Shown here: positions 62,000-64,000 of the stretch, piece by piece | How positions within the stretch are numbered: the first letter of the stretch is position 1 | Layout of the letters: every line of letters starts with the position of its first letter | Assembly: GCA_013239625.1 (NCBI GenBank) | Contig: MU054187.1 | Location: forward strand, 22,878,795-22,942,794 | From: Lama guanicoe | Lineage: Eukaryota | Reading direction: 5' to 3' | Length of the DNA: 64,000 nucleotides | Notes under the pieces: generated by a model | Told to the model about the DNA's origin: nothing | The model's database searches: none | Seen by the model: the letters and a program-made list of their open reading frames with translations, nothing else | Position numbers and translations under genes: made by a program

Positions 62000-62570
62000 A
62001 TAAATGCTGCTTTTAAAATTATTAAGGAGACCCAGGGGTATGCGTGTACGAGTCCCTTAATTAAAGTGAAACTTTAGCTGAAGTTTTCGGTCCACTAACC
62101 GGTGGTTCACAAATCATTTGATCGCATGTTATATTCTTGCTAAAACCCAGGGATTTTAGCTGTGCAGTTTCTGAAAATGGTTTTGTATCCCCCAACGTTA
62201 ACGCCACCAAATTACAGCAAGTTCTGGGGTTCCTTGAGGAACCCGTGTGGCTTGGCGCCCATGGCTAGTGCTCTAGGAACAGACAAAACCAAAGGAGCAA
62301 ACTCCCTGGTATTCTGCTCCCAGCTGATAATCCATAGTGTCATTTCCACCATTTTTTTTTTTTTTACCTTTTTCTAAATTGTAAAGCTGAGCCAATTCCT
62401 CCACTGTCTTTGATTTAGGCTCGTAATTTTACTTTGCTCTCTGTTTCTCATTCTCATGCCTTTTAAAATTTCTACCTCTTTTCACTACAGATTCAAAGCC
62501 TTCAGTTTTTAATCTAGTTTGATTATTGCTCCTATTTTCCTATTATTTCTTTTGCTTAATGACTAGACCT
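62000..62570 (+). pseudogene. EBLM: Bornavirus-like M C-terminus overlapping the G N-terminus (unit 6)
   Basis: NP..FLKM/DP..FLRL; VNA/INA; FWGSLRN..G..P/FSYRLRN.GVGP; LGTD/LGPD; in an overlapping frame LVL*..T/LVLSART and PGIL......*CH/PGLI......LCH. Confidence 0.65.
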
Positions 62571-62575
62571 TGACT

Positions 62576-63543
62576 CAAAGGTAGATTTACCTTGAAGGTG
62601 ATAAAGCTTTTAGGCCTGTCATTCAATTTGCATAGGCTCCTTCCAAGGCCCTGGGAGAGGCCTTAGGTGTGTATTCACATGCTCATAAATTTTTGTAATG
62701 TTTGCAAAAGTAAGCTATTTTAGCTTTAATCATTTGTTTCTTCTTACCCTGCTAGCTTTCTCTTCTGATACTTTCCGTTCGTGGTGTTGTCGTGGCTTCA
62801 GTCATTTTGTGGATCCAGTTTAGGGAGAGTTGAGTTAAAGATGCATCTCATTTTGGTTCTTAGTTGTTGCCGTACATGTAAATTATTATCACTCGCCATG
62901 CTAGTGTATGAGTAGCCGTCAGGAACAGCCCCACCACTCACTGAGTGGACCCAATGGCATCTTGACATGGACCAGAGTTATCATCTCGTATACGATTATC
63001 CTATGGCAACGTGGTACCAGAAATATGTGGGCAGTGGAGTGGCATATACTTTGAAATGAATGAAGAGAGAATTAAAGCTGTGGAAAAGCTTTCCAAATTT
63101 TAAGGCCGATACGTGAAAGAAATGTGGATTTAGATTTTCCCAAATTTGACAGGAATTCTGACATTTAAAAAAGAAACATTTCTAAATTATTAAGAATAAT
63201 TTAAAAAAATTACCAGCCAATCTCTAGAGAAGACTTTATTCTTTCCGTAAAAGTGATACAAAAGTTGTTGTCATACAAACAGGTAAAAATATACAAGAAA
63301 AGCTGTAAAAGTTTTAGAAAAGTAAATATAATAGAAGTACTCACGTAACTAATTAATAAAAATGCAATGATATTTTTCTGGATTTTGCGATGTTTTGAAA
63401 TTATCTAGCATTTAAAAGTTTATAATTTGTTGTGCTTTCTTCTCTTCTAAAGAAATGTTCACAATTGTTCCAATTTTGTACTTTATACATTTAAGTTCTT
63501 TTTATTTATCTGTCAGACTTAACAAAACCTGGAACAGCCCCTG
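62576..63543 (+). mobile_element. hAT-Tip100 Zaphod/MER115-like DNA transposon
   Basis: caaaggtagatttacc start and cctggaacagcccctg end; degenerate 8-bp TSD ccttgact/ccctaact. Confidence 0.8.
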
Positions 63544-63604
63544 CCCTAACTCACTTAGCCCAAATAACGCAAAAATATGGAAATCATTCTAATGAAAATT
63601 TGAC

Positions 63605-63830
63605 TTAGTGTGATGGCTGAGTGGGCAGGAACCAAGGCTCCAGAGCGAGCCTACCTGGGGTAAAATCTTGGCTCCGTAGTCTACCCGTGTGACCGCAGAC
63701 TGGTTACCTAGCATGTTTAAGCCTCAACTTTCTCATTTTAAAGAGAGGAGATTGGATTAGGAAATGTAATTCCTTACAATTGCATGATAATACAAAGAAT
63801 TTAAATATAGTGGACAATCAAATAAATAAA
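63605..63830 (+). mobile_element. MIR SINE
   Basis: cctacctgggg..aaatcttggctcc..tgtgacc..ttaccta..aagcctca. Confidence 0.7.
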
Positions 63831-64000
63831 GTAATAGAGCATCCATGCTGAAAGGAACCTTGAATATCCTGTAATTTTACTCCAGTCCTGCTCCTTCAGA
63901 TGTATGTGTAGGGGGAGAAATGGGTCTAGTATGGAAACTGACCTAGCCTCCCTCTCCTTCAACTAGTCTGGTTCTGCTTTTATTTATGTAAAGTCCAGGT

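Noticed and set aside
1..64000. CRISPR array or intact viral ORF
   Set aside because: There is no repeat-spacer periodicity, and every viral frame is broken by stops and frameshifts.

Overview
AT-rich, repeat-dense mammalian DNA, most likely camelid (inferred from a tRNA-Ala-derived SINE and young L1 3' ends). No intact host protein-coding gene was found. The main result is that almost all the 'unique' sequence between the transposons translates, with many stops and frameshifts, into decayed bornavirus proteins. I read at least seven units: six on the + strand (an L core at 1-1.2 kb; N-X/P-M-G-[deletion]-L at 14.6-26.9 kb; G tail-L head at 27.0-28.6 kb; G half plus near-complete L at 28.8-44.4 kb; L at 44.4-58.6 kb; N-X/P-M-G head at 59.6-62.6 kb) and one inverted L fragment at 11.6-13.1 kb. 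The gene order is orthobornavirus-like (M before G). The viral frames are split by L2 and MIR elements, which implies great age, and by MLT/ERVL LTRs, hAT elements, L1s and an ODC1 retrocopy. All viral assignments are by-eye alignments to Borna disease virus 1 (BoDV-1) proteins as I recall them. Boundaries are approximate and need frameshift-aware searches. I cannot check whether this locus is already catalogued.
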